From Takakia lepidozioides (taxonomy: Eukaryota; Plantae; Bryophyta): a stretch of 64,000 nt of DNA. Shown one piece after another: positions 1 to 12,530 of this stretch. Where the stretch lies: positions 73,160,001-73,224,000 of the forward strand of contig CM060731.1 in NCBI GenBank assembly GCA_030704615.1, written 5' to 3'. The position numbers and the translations under genes were made by a program. The first letter of the stretch is position 1. Every line of letters starts with the position of its first letter. The notes below the pieces were generated by a model. It did no database searches and had not been told where the DNA came from. It was given only the letters and a program-made list of their open reading frames with translations.

Positions 1-1871
1 GTGCTGGCAGTGTGATCCTTCTGATTGCTCCAGGAGCTGTGTATGATCAGGGAGTTCTTCCGGGAGGAAGCTCAAGAGAGTTGGATGAGGGAGGCTGACT
101 TCTTTGGACCGTGATGTAGTGATATTTATGAGATAAGAGTCCAGCCCATACATGTGGCGGCTGGATTTGTACATGAGGAGCTGTCCATCTCCTTTCAATT
201 GGGTTGTATTGAATTTCTAGAACGTTTGTTTGAGAGAGTTTGCTTGTTTGTGCCTGTACATTCTTGTCCATCTTTGCAGAAAGATAAGGTTGAGGAGCCC
301 TGAATGCAGGGTAGGGTGACTTTTGGAAATGTAGAAGTTATATTACACCGGCCGCAAGAGTGCTACAGCTTTTTGGAGATGTTTTGGCTCTACCAGTGGT
401 CAGGGATACACTGGATTGCCTGATTTATGAAATGTAGAAGCTCTGGAGATGTGCTTGTGCACACAATCATGGGTGCCATGGCATCCTACAGGTGCACAAA
501 TGTTTTTTCTTACAACAGTTTCTATCTACTTTTATCACTTAACACTGAATGAGTGACAGTAAGGGTAGTGTTGAGACTCTTTCTGGTCTAACATCAACTG
601 ACATCGTGTGTTCATACTATTCATTTTTGTGCTAAGGTCCTCCATGTACCATCTGGTGGCCAATGTCACTTCTGGCAGCAGTGTATTCCAGTACTGCTGC
701 GACGGTTTAGGGTGGAAGGTAGGTGAAACATCAAGATACGGAGTAACATCCACAATTTTGACCAGGCATGGCAATGAATATGAAGCAACTGGCACTACAG
801 GGAGATTTGTTCTGTGCGCAAGTCATGCAAAGACAGGTGACTTTCATTTTGCTCAGGGTGGTGATCTCTCATACTGTCAACTTGCTCTGCCATGATATTT
901 ATCTCAAATACTAGTAGCAATCTGGAAATTATTGTCAGTCCATGAAGGAATATATCCTACAGCCATCAATCGAAGTGAATGCCTCGAACGAGTGGTCATC
1001 ACAGACGGTCATTGACAATGGTATACACTCTTTCATTTCAATTGTCCTGGATATGTGACAAGCAAACCATTTGCAAAAAAGTGTCATGTCTCTACCTGAA
1101 GATGAAATGTTTTGTCATTGATATTGTGCTATGGCCACCAGTGACAAGATGGGGGAGATGGTGTGACACATAAACATGTAGAGTACAGATAGATGACAGT
1201 GCACAAGTGAACTCTTTTTCTTTCATCTTTCCCCTATAATGTTGAGTTAACATTAAATTTAAATGTACATTCAATACCTTCAGCACTTTTCTCCCCATTT
1301 GTGATCTCGAGAGAGAAAACATTTATGTACCTCCACATATAAGACATTTTATACAGAGAAATCGCAACTTAAAACAATGAGACTAAGTTGAAGCATTTTT
1401 AGTCTCTTAATTCTTAGATGTATATTGATATCCTGGAACCAAAGTGAATGTGGAAAGACCTTGACATGAAGAAATAGAAAGTGACAGCGAATCATCACCT
1501 AGAGCGATGGCCATTCCCTCCACTCCCTCTTTCCTGTACACCTTCACAATTCTTTAGAAATGACCGCGGCATCTGAAATAATAGATTTTTAATGTTTTCA
1601 TTCATAGTTGGTTCTCCAAACTACATGAGTTGGTCCGTACTGCCACCATAATCAACACCACCTAGCTGCCGCTTCATTTCCACTTTTCTTGGTCTTGGTC
1701 CCTAGTGATATAAATCCAAAACTGACTGAGAAAATGTCATTAGCCAGTGGCAATGCTCCAAACTTTGATCTTGGTATCAGTCCCTAGTGTGAAGGGGCCC
1801 TGATAAAATATACTTGCTTCCTTGGGGAAGCAACAGTTTGCACGGTAATCCCAACAAATGTAGTTCTTCCT

Positions 1872-4800
1872 TCAAACGTAGTCATCTGGCATAAGACTTT
1901 TTAACTTGTTCAGATCCCCTTCCGGCGAATATTTATTCTTACTATTGTATACCTCAAATGTAACATTGGGAGTAGATAGTCCCTCCACACATGCCATGAC
2001 CACAGAGGCAACATCCATTCGAGATATACTCCCATTCCCTTGGTCCCCTGACAACAAGTACACTCACTGTCAAACAACAATAACCTAATTATTTCAAATT
2101 GCACTAGCCTGGACCCAAAAACATTGCTCTGACCAACTAACAACTAAGACGTCTGTTTTCAGCTGCTTTTGCCCAGCTCCAGAGTAAAGTAAACACTGGC
2201 AACATTGTCTAGACATTCATATCTAAGCATATTCAGCTCCTGTGTCACTGGTTCTATGCATAGACTTATCATATTGCTGGCAATCTTCGTTCTGCGACTC
2301 ATGAAGAAAAGAAGATCCCATGTCCAATGTGTTAATCAACCATGGCTAAGTCTTGTTGCTATGAGTAAATAGCCCAGCCACAGCAAACAACCAGAGGTGT
2401 TGACTGAGTACCTTGTTCAATCGTAAGTCCCATTTGGCCACCAAGCTTGTTGGTCAGACCACCAGGCCTGACAATGTAGTACGCCAAATCCTTGTTACTG
2501 TAGGCATGGCGCGATGCTTCTTCTCCCTATCGTCATCCAACAGAGTAATCCTTTATTGCAACTTCCAACCCAAAACAAGAGGGTACAGGTCTTGGGGAGA
2601 GCAGAATGGAGCCAGTACAATTGCTGAAGGCTCCCCCAAGAATGAGGCCAATTACCTTGCTCATAAAATTGGTCCTTACCTTCCAGGTTTCCTCTGGAAG
2701 CTGACACCCAACTTTGTCAGACTGTGACTCCTAAATTGTGAAGGTAAAATCATTATGACTGCAAGCAAGCTGCACTACTTCTGTCCCTTAGAATTAACCA
2801 GAACAGAGTCTTTGTTGATTGCAAGTTCGACCCCAAACATGTGAGGGGGAAGAGGTTTCTAGATAAAAGTGGTCCCGGCATTCCAGATTTCCTACAGAAA
2901 GGGTCATATCCTGGCATCCACTTGAAAATCTTCACCCCAAGATCCAAACCCACATATACACCCAGCTTTCACTGTTTTCAAGAGTTTCAAACTAGGCAAG
3001 AAGAGGTATAGTAGTATTGCTATTAATACTTGTAAAAAAGCAAATTGCTCGAAAAAATCCGACTATGCACAACTAGAGAATGGATGCTTTGTTGGCCTTC
3101 TACACTGGCACATGAGTTCTCTTTTTCGACCAAAGCTGGGAGGTCCCTTGGGGTACTTCCTTGAGTCCACTCGTTTAGTTGAAGCTAAGAATGAGCTCAG
3201 AGTAGATTTGTCCCAAGCTTCAACTGGCAATTTGGGATGGAGAAGTCAGATAGACATATTAAATGGAAGTCCCATGATATATTTATGTGATTCATGCTAA
3301 CAATAAACTTCTCGGCAAATCTAATCAGACTCTCCATTAGTCTCTGATTATGATCCCAGTTACCTTCCACTAACAGAATCCCATTTGTTCTAGACAGAAT
3401 CAAACACAGTGTGCTTGTGAAATAAGATGCCTGCATCATTGGACAGATTTTAGTCTTACCAAGAACTTCCAGTGGAGCACACGCCCAAACATCGTGTTTA
3501 GAAGTATAGAAATTTTGTCACATGTCCTGGTCACAGCCATGGAAGAGACCAACACAAACTTAGGAACCTGCAAAGACAAGGTGAAAGATGGAAAAGTCAA
3601 CGAATATAACATCCATCATCAGTGAATAAGTAAGAGAAAGAAATTTTTGACTGTTCACCAAAAATGCTGGCTATGATGTGCATTAAAAGCATAGTCTCCA
3701 GGAGATGCTAACATCCCAGAACTGGTTCTATGGTTTCAACCCACTTGAGTCACATAACATCACCTGAAAGTGCTATAGCACTTGCACAAAGCTGAAGGCA
3801 ATCCAGTCAGGCAGATCAATGTGGTTATGCATGCTGGCATTGGCATCATGTAAGAAAGGATGGGGCACACACTGTCCAGTGTGTGAGAGAATGCACTCAT
3901 AAGACGTTGTTTGCCGTAGCCTTGTGGTCATTGACCCCGTGCAAAATATGGGCAGAACAAGACCAAGAGAGAGATTGTACTCATAAGACGTTGTTTGCTG
4001 TGGCCTTGTGGCCATTGACCCCGCGCCCAGTTTGAGCGGAAACAAAAGGGACAGAACCTACCTCTGTCAGGGGCTGACGTTGGTAGTAAGACTTACCTTC
4101 ATATATAGAATTAATCCGGGTTTTCCAGATATCCTCTAGAAATCCCTTCACACAAGCATCAATCTGCTGTGTGTGATTTGCCCAATAACTAGGCCTCAGG
4201 AGGGCCTGGGCTTTTGGCTCAGCCTCGAGACTTTCAAAGTTGGTAAACAGAGGTACAGGCACAATTCCCTTGATAGATTTGAAGAGAGCGTCTCTTTGGT
4301 GAGAGAACCCCGGACAGTGTATCAGAAAATGAGTACTGTCTTCAGATTGCCCACACAACGGGCAATTGCACTCTCCCTTTCCTCTCTGCTTCTGTTTGCT
4401 GTTCAAAGGTAGGCTTCCTGCCCTGAGTTTAAATTTCAGTCGAGTGCCGAGAGTGGGTAGACCCTGGAGGTCATCCAAGCTGTCCTCCCCCATGTCACTG
4501 ACTGGAAACAAGTTCAGGGAAGTTTTCTGCCTAACTTCATTTTCATCAGACAATCTCATGGCAACAGACATGGCTTTGGACACTACAGCCTCTAAGTCAG
4601 ATTTATCCAGCAGGGTCAAGACTTGCGGTTCCAGGTCCAGGTCCTTGAGAATCTCTTCTACTCTCTTCTGCCAGGACTTAGCCTGTTTGACAGGGCGGTC
4701 CTGTTTCCAAGATATAGAGTCGATTAACTTAGGATATCTGGTGTTGGACATATGTTGCAGCTGACCCCACCATCTGACCTTGAATTCATCTCTTCGGGAG

Positions 4801-6668
4801 CTTAAGGACGGAATGCCAAACTCACCCCGAACAGCCACATTGGCTGTTTTGGAGCATGCCGACATACACTCCTTAAGCACCCCCACTTGAATGGATTCTA
4901 GAGACTTAGCTTGGTTGGAGTTATCAACCCATATTGCAGATCCGTACTCCAAGGCAGGTCTAATAACGCGACAAAGCATGGTTTTCTTGACCTCAGAGTT
5001 GACCCCTCTGCAGTGGAAAAATTTAGTGAGCCCCAGAGCTTTGCCCTTGCCAGTTTGAACAACTTACCGGATATGTGCATCCCAATTACAATTGGAAACT
5101 CAACGCCCAGGTAAGTGTAGGAAGGGAGGACCGGGATCTCTTGGCTACCCCACTGCCACTTAAGATCACTTCCTCCCTCTCCTCTGTCGTTGAATGCTAC
5201 CACTGCACATTTGCTGACATTAGCCTCTAGCCCCCAAAGATCAAAGTATCTCTTCGCGCAATCAATCGAATCCTGGAGATTGGTTGGAGTCTCCCCTATG
5301 ACCAAGAGAGAGAGAGAGAGAGAGAGGTATACCCCAGCAACAGCAGCTGCTTCACTCAGGGCCTTCACTCCTTTGTAGTCCACACATTTTGGAGTGTCCT
5401 GGTTCCAACAAGGAAGACGCCAGCCTGCCCGAGCCCCCACTGCACAGACAACAGCATCCATGCCCTGGCAAGCTGGCAACAGTGTCTCCGGCTTGGTGAT
5501 GTCCCCATGTATAAAGACTACTCTTGATGCCCCATATGCTGCTCCAAGTTCATCAGACATACATCAGCAAAAGGAGCAGGTTCTTACAATATACTAAAGA
5601 AGGCCAAGGAAAATGCAGAACCAGTCCATATCTCTACTTTGGGAGGGAACATAATATGTTCCTTGAAGTAAGTCACTGCATGTATCTTTCACACAGAGCA
5701 TCCTATGAACACTGGAGTCTGATTCGTCAACAACTAAGCAACCATCCAGGAGTGCATCAGCTGCTGCTGCAAACTCTTAGTAACAGGAGGCTCATGTAAG
5801 CCAACACCTCCTATTGTTGCCCAACCAATCAGCATCATCCCCAAGTCTTTTCTCCTATAGATACGATCATGGTAGACAAAACATAGACTCTGAAACGTCA
5901 ATCGCAAATGATCGTCTCATCGAATTACACATCAACATCCAACATGTTGCAAGGCAGTTAAGAGAAGTAGGGCTGGACAAAATGATCCCACCAATTGCTT
6001 TCACTGCACGGTCCTGGTTGCGCACTAGTGCAAACACCTCGAATGTATCCCTTTCTATCAGCAATGTCTTTGTCACCTGCATAGAACAGTGACCTCCTTG
6101 TAAAATTCAGTACATCAGACAACTTTCCATAACAAATAGAAGAGAATATGCAACACATTGGTTCACAGACTCTGTGTGTCCCTAAACTAAAGCCACAAAC
6201 TATAAAATGTAGTCATTGCACTGTAGACCACAATGTGTTGATCTCTTGTGGGGCCATAAATGAGAAGTTAAAAAGAAAAGGCAGTGACACAAATTGACAC
6301 TAAACAACAATGAGCTCGTAGTGGACATGCACACATTGTTGAACAAATTTCAGCTAATTAATCAGAATTTACCAGGCCAGTGCCTACATTGACTTCTAAG
6401 AGAGTCACCAAGTTCAAGGAGTATCGCTCTTTCTACTGACTATCGTCCTTTCGTAACCTTCAAAAGTCTCTGAGATTTATGGGGTTTATGCCATGGTAAT
6501 GAGGGGTCACTATTCATTATGCGTACTGTCCCAAACTTCTGCCATCCCTCTCCTTCCACTCCACTTTTGGAAGCCCTGTTATGAAATAGGCAGGATCGAC
6601 TGAGGAGACGTTACCTGAAGGCCCACTCCACTGCTGGCACCTACGACGAGTACTTTGAGTCCTGGCAT
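1872..6668 (-). CDS. Atypical SDR / NAD(P)-binding Rossmann-fold protein (NAD_binding_10-like), about 247 aa; exons 6668-6615, 6076-5992, 5538-5333, 3567-3460, 2526-2412, 2047-1872
   Basis: Manual splicing at GT-AG sites with consistent phases gives MPGLKVLVVGASSGVGLQ (Rossmann glycine loop)...FIHGDITKPETL...DAVVCAVG...VDYKGV...KFVLVSSMAVT...YYIVRPGGLT...GSISRMDVA...; stop at 1872-1874. Confidence 0.9.
3890..3953 (-). mobile_element. Short 3'-end copy of the same LINE family
   Basis: ATGCACTCATAAGACGTTGTTTGCCGTAGCCTTGTGGTCATTGACCCCG closely matches the LINE 3' end at 3975-4030; abuts a GAGAGA tract. Confidence 0.8.
3975..5299 (-). mobile_element. 5'-truncated non-LTR retrotransposon (LINE; RT C-terminal part plus CCHC-type finger) inside intron 3 of the SDR gene
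   Basis: YTYLGVEF, RPALEYGSAIW and CPLCGQSEDSTHFLIHC motifs; one frameshift near 5090; flanked by the 14-bp direct repeat GACCAAGAGAGAGA at 3961-3974 and 5300-5313 (TSD). Confidence 0.92.
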
Positions 6669-8009
6669 CTCTGCTGCTGGCGGTAACCTTCTCCTGTTTC
6701 ACCCTCTACATCATGATACACCGCACCAAGATTCCCCTGTTCAAGTCAACATCTGACTCTCTGGATGGACAGCGGCTGCTCATGAAAGGTTGTGGCAAGA
6801 AACACCCAGACGTTCACAGAATTGCACGGGAAATTCGCAAGCATTCTGGCAGCATCACAAATACAAATAAGATTGAAATCTCATGAACAGAGAAACTGAT
6901 TACCCACTTGTTTCTGACCTACAAAAGTCAGACATAAGCAAAACTCAATGCTTATTCAATCCCTGTTAAAATCGTTCCAGCTAGTTTACAGAAACTGGCT
7001 ATCCCAGTTTCTCCACCTGCAATGCCGATGAAAGCAGCATGTATCACACCAATATTGTATTTGGCATGAAATAACACTGACTACAAGCAATTTATGACAG
7101 GATCGCCTATGGATTTGGGTAAGGCAAACATCGGAAGCTGTCCAAAGTGAATAAAAAAAAAGAAGAAGAGCAAGGTGCATACAGATTTTCACAGTACAAC
7201 TTCCACTTCCCAATCCCGAATCCGTCCTCGTTTCAAAGATCAACTGCGCAGAAATTACATATCCAGTCTCTCATGCAGCCTTCGACCAGTATCAGGAAAC
7301 CAAGTCGGAACTGGCAGCTGTACTCTTCAACAAGAAAGCGGGAAACCCACGTGCCATCACCTCTTTGGCTACACATCCCATCGCGCTGCGTACGTGGATG
7401 CTCGACAACCGCTGCTTCCATAAAGTTATCGCACCTGTCGTCCATCCACGGTCTTTGAGCTTCTTCTTCGCTTGCGGCTCATTGTAATAATCTTCACAGT
7501 GATGTGCCACATTGGATCCACCTTTCCACGCAACTTCTAGTCTCGTCATATGTTCTCTTCGCCGATTGCATTTGAGCAAATAGATCGCACACCATTGCAT
7601 TGAAATTTCTACAGCGTGCAGGCTGTACTCCTAAAGTCCTTGTCTATTTGCAAGGTCCATGTGAAGATTCGGCTAATACCTGAACCCTGCAAGATTCAGC
7701 CAAAGTTGTAATGGCGTACACGAACCCTTCCCGTCAGCTCTACTGTGTACATTCTTGCGTCGAACCTTGCTTTATCAGCAGATCATGTTCGTGAAGCTAG
7801 ATTCCAAGTTCCAACGTGTACTTGATCAAGTTCTTCCGTTTGTGATGCAAGCTCTTGGCTTTCACCATGGAAAAAATTGTGACTGTGAAACTAGGAATCC
7901 TTTTGGTTTCAAGCCCTATTCATACATCCAGTCTCTTCCTCCCGAGTCTTTTCTGTACTCCTCCCTTCTGTTGAGACCGGAGTCTTCTCTCTCTGTGTGA
8001 GGGAGAAGT

Positions 8010-9920
8010 ATAAGCCATCCCTTCCTCTGCAGTACGCCATCACCGGAATATTTTGAGTATATTCTATTTATAATCTTTTCAGACTGATGGAAGTGGAGGT
8101 TGGATCCGTTTTGTCCAACGGTTCATACATTAGACCGAGGAAGAGCGTCGAGGGCTTGGGAGACGAGAGGGAGGGAGGAGGGTTTCACAGGAGAGGGGAA
8201 AGAGAGAGTGTGCGCAGGAGCTATCGGGGTTGTGTGAGCATAAGAAGATGGACACGCTAATGCAGATCAGTCAGGAAGAAGCGGCGAAACTTGGGGAGGG
8301 TTGGATTAAGGCCTGGAACTCTCACAACGTGGACAAAGTATTGTCATACTATGATTCCAACATCCTGTTCGTGTCGCCAATGGCATTAGAATTGTCAGTG
8401 TCGGACACCGGGGTAGTACGGGGGATTGATCAGCTGAGAACTTACTTCGAAAACGCGTTGGTTCTCTTTCCAAATCTCAAGTTCAAATTGTTCCATGTGT
8501 TTGTGAGCCTCTCCAGTGTGATCATCTTCTACCAGAGTCTGAATGACATCTTGGCTGCGGAGGCTATGGAGATCGACCCAGCGACAAAGAAGATTACTCG
8601 GGTGGTGGCACACTTCAAGAACGACAAGAGGGGCCGCTAAATCCCACTACTCCGCCGCGTCTCTCTTCTCTTCCATTCCAAGGCATGAGCCGCACAATAT
8701 GTCTTTCACCAAACCCTGTGGTACTCCCCTTCTTAGGTTCAACACGGCTTAGCTCAGTGTTGCGCTGTTCAGATACCAACCAGTGTCCTTTAGAGAGTAA
8801 TAGATTTCGGAAACATAGAGAGAAGAAGCAGAGAAAACTATCACTTCCACGGGAGGCCCGTATAGCTCATGGACTTAGTAGGTAGGTAGAGAGAGAGAGA
8901 GAGAGAGAGATCTTCTCGTTTATTGTGTGTACTGGATATACAACCAGTTCGTGAAAATCTCATTTGCACAGCAGGTGTCACTGTGGTTCTGGGACAGTGA
9001 CTGTGATACCTAGTGTGCTTTGGCATAGCAGGCTTTGCTTCCATTCATAAATCCATTTGGCAGTTTTCATGTGAAGTATGTCAATTTGGCTTTTATCATG
9101 GGATAGCACTGGCACTGACCTTGGGAATGATACCTCTGGAACTGCAGTGAATCTTTCATGTAGCTGACCTCGGTGTGTCCAGTGGTTTTTCACTGCTTTG
9201 TGTAGATACGGAGATACCTGTTGTTCCTTCCATGTAGATTAAATACAAGTGGTGCAAATATGCAAATACTACATAACAGAAATTTCTGCATCATGTCAAT
9301 TGCTTCAATACACCACAAATTATATATGAAACCGCTCCTCATTTCCTTACATGTCCTATCCCTGTAATATGAGTTGTATAGCTGCTTGATTTGTTGCCCT
9401 GCCTTAAGAATACGCATAGAATCCTCCACAAGTCTCCTTGTGGCAACAGGCGAGGGACTCAAAGGACACCTCATGTCACTGCTTCTAAACACACGCACTT
9501 TTTGAAGGTTGAACCCTACAAGACAAATCAGCAATTGAGTAGCACTGTCCGGCTAAATTTCTTCATTGTGAGGCTCCCAGAACTTGTCTGGAGTCCCGTT
9601 TCCTTTGCTGTTTCCTTCCATCATGTGACAGTCAACAATCTTGCATACAATTAAGCCAGTTGATCACAAATCTGATAGGAATTGGACTCCAAATCTTCAA
9701 GCCAAGGCTTGTGACATGGATTAGCCCTTACGTCTGTGTCTGAATGATATGATCTCTATGACTTGAATACGGGTATCTGAGAGTGAAAAGAACTTGTTCA
9801 TCATTCAGTGATGTACATATGTGACTCACTCTTATCTTGCAGGTTGCCTCTCAGAATATCTCAATATATGTGGACTAATTGAAGAATGTCTTGCCCACAT
9901 GATGGCACTGGCTGAAGTAA
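8010..9920 (+). repeat. Segmental duplication, copy 1 (SnoaL gene plus downstream sequence)
   Basis: Colinear high similarity to about 13115-15250. Confidence 0.9.
8248..8640 (+). CDS. Intronless SnoaL-like / NTF2-family protein, 130 aa
   Basis: WIKAWNSHNVDKVLSYY...FVSP...GVVRGIDQLRTYFENALVLFPNLKFKL...KITRVVAHF fits the SnoaL_2 pattern of bacterial NTF2-family proteins. Confidence 0.85.
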   Translation: MDTLMQISQEEAAKLGEGWIKAWNSHNVDKVLSYYDSNILFVSPMALELSVSDTGVVRGIDQLRTYFENALVLFPNLKFKLFHVFVSLSSVIIFYQSLNDILAAEAMEIDPATKKITRVVAHFKNDKRGR

Positions 9921-9934
9921 ATGTCGAGCTACAA

Positions 9935-10270
9935 GCTCATTTCTTCCTCTTTCTCCTACAAGTTCTTTTGCGGCGGATGAGATCTTGCGGATGAGATCTT
10001 TCTCTTCTCTCTTTCTCTTTCTTTTTCTTCTCTATCTCTGCTTTCCTTTTCTTCTTCCAACTTTGTTTCTTTCTCTTTTTTCCCTTCCCATGTCTTTCCA
10101 TCTTTGTTTTCTTCCATCTCTGTTTCTTTCTGTTGTCCCCGTCCATCTTTGTTTCTTATCTGCAAGTGTCTGCTTAAAGTTCTCCATTCTTTCTTCCATC
10201 TCTGTTTCTTTCTATTTTTCCCATTCACTCTTTAAATCTTTGTTTCATTGTTTCTTATCAAGGAAAAAAT
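9935..10270. repeat. CT-rich low-complexity tract (K/E/R-rich if read on the minus strand)
   Basis: Pyrimidine-rich degenerate repeats such as TTCTTCCATCTCTGTTTCTTTCT. Confidence 0.6.
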
Positions 10271-11015
10271 AACCTTGCACACAACGCCATGGAGGCTGAG
10301 GTGGGGACACCGCCCAGTGACCACAAAGCAGGAAGACTGGAGGAACAAGACTTGGAAGATATATGAAGCTGTCATTTTTTAAGACTACCCCGCTTGCGTT
10401 AAGGCATAATTGAGCCTTGGATTTCCCTTTACGAAAGCTGCGCTGGTGGCGCCAGTTTACTTCAGATTCATCGCCATATATGGGGTAGCGCCTGGAGCTA
10501 AGTGACCTCCTAGCACGACAGGAGGGAGTCGTTTAAATATATATATATATATACTTTATCTTTTTCATGTTCACTGATTTTTTGTTTATATTATTTATAT
10601 TTATATTTTATTGTACTATTATTTACATTTCTTTTTGTGTTCTTTTATGTAGATCAATGAACTAATTTGACATCTTTGAAGATTTGCTTAAAGAAGCGAA
10701 AGCAGAAGATAGCGGAATTGGTGAAGAACCTGGTCCAAAGCTGGTGTGGACTTATAAATATCCAGCCATGTAACTTATAAATAGTTCTGTTGTGCACCAC
10801 TTGGCGTTGAGTTCTATATAAATATTCAATAGTGATGTGAAATCAACAAAACATGATACTTCAACAAGTTAATTCCATAATTTGGAAATATGTGAAAGCT
10901 TGATCCCAAATTGAGAAATTCAAAGCACATAGAGTACATCAATCTAATGTGTGATCCAAAATTGAGTGGTTGAAGTTGTTGCTGATAATTCAGACAAGTT
11001 GTGGAAATTCTTATG

Positions 11016-12530
11016 TGTTGACCTAAATTTCTCCTAGAGCTATGGTGCAAGCTGGTGTGGGAGAAATTCAGGTCAACAGGTTATGGGCCCACAGGTTTAG
11101 ATGAGTTACGCATTGGGGTGCCAAAGCTCCTACAGACACTCCCAAAATTTGGTGGTGAGAACTTTCATTTGTGGAAGTTCAAGATGTCTATGGTGCTGAA
11201 AATGATGAAGTTATGGAACATAGTGAAGGGGATTGAATGTAGATCTTCAGAACATGATTCTACAAATAAATTGCAGTATGATGAGAGGGATCAAAGGGTA
11301 CAGGCTCTAGTTGTTCTAAGCTTAGTACAAGACCGTCAACTTATCCCATGTCAGTAGTTATAGCTATATGCACGTGCATAAGTTGAAAGTCCGATAAGCT
11401 TAGAACAACTGGAGCATGTGCCCTTTGATCCTCTCATCATATTGCAATATCTTCGTAGTATCATGTTCTGAAGGTCTATGCTTAGTCCCCTTCACTATGT
11501 TCCATAGTTTCTTCTCTTTCAACACTATAGACATCTTGAACTTCCACAGATGAAAGTTCTTACCGCCAAATTTTGGAAGTGTCTATAGGAGGTTTGGCAC
11601 AATGCCTAACTCATGTGAACCATGTGGCCCATAATCTGTTGACCTAAATTTCTCATAGAGCTGGTGGTTGCACTAGAGCTCATGGTGACATTTTACTTCA
11701 AGACTTTCAGAGGAGGAGACGATGAGTACTATAGCTTCAACATACAATCATACAAGCAATATAGAAAACAAAGACAAAGACATGTTTCAACTTCATACTG
11801 GAGACACACACTTCATTTCGGAGAGAGAGAGACTCAATGCCTCGGTGCCTACATAAATACACAAACCTCGTAGATATTTCTATATGAAGTTCTAGACTTG
11901 CTATTCTTATCTGCACTCCTCTGTTCTATCATTATTAACAAATATGTGCTTGTCTAACAATTATCCAACTTGCCATTTCTATCTGTCATGACATTAATAG
12001 CAAATATTTAACAACGTCCAACTTGCTATTTAGGGAGCATCAGTTACACTGGAGAGTAACTAGCTCTACAAGAAATTCAGGTTATGGCCCACATGGTTTA
12101 GATGAGTGAGGCATTGTCCCCAAATTCCTAGAGATACTCCAAAATTTGGTGATGAGAATTTTCATCTATGGAAGTTCAAGATGTCTATGGAGTGAAAGCT
12201 ATTGGACATAATGAAGGGGACTAAGCAGAGACCTTCATAACATGATACTACAAATAGATTGCAATATGATGAGAGGGATCATAGGGCACATGCTCTAGTT
12301 GTTCTAAGCTTACATGACACTCAACTTATGCACGTGCATACAGCTGTAATAACTGCTAAAGAAACATGGGCTAAGTTGGAAGCTCAATATGAGCAAAGGG
12401 CATTAGCAAACAAATTATACCTTCTAAGATAGGTGATGAACATACAGATGCAGTCGTAGACACCATGACAAATCACATACAACTAGAAGCTGTGGGATAG
12501 TCAGTAAATGATGGCATGTAAGCATTGATT
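11016..12530. mobile_element. Rearranged Ty1/Copia remnants: three copies of LTR-end/PBS/gag-start (about 11060-11360 +, 11360-11660 -, 12065-12530 +)
   Basis: LPKFGGENFHLWKFKMSMVLKMMKLWNIVKG...YDERDQR..AL.VLSL resembles the Copia gag N-terminus; CAACA is followed by GGTTATGGGCCCA at 11079-11091. Confidence 0.85.

Noticed and set aside
1-1330. Gene or retroelement remnant in the first 1.3 kb
   Set aside because: Only faint LINE-like or PPR-like peptide hints across broken frames; not enough to call
8230-8640. Bacterial contamination explaining the SnoaL gene
   Set aside because: It is embedded in plant-type flanks with GA-rich leader sequence and duplicated together with them
9937-10272. 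K/E/R-rich or F/L/S-rich protein-coding gene
   Set aside because: Open frames on both strands are explained by low complexity; no domain or splice structure
10280-10555. RTE-LINE or SINE 3' end with a (TA)n tail
   Set aside because: Suggestive DWRNKTW peptide and TA run only; no second copy or TSD seen
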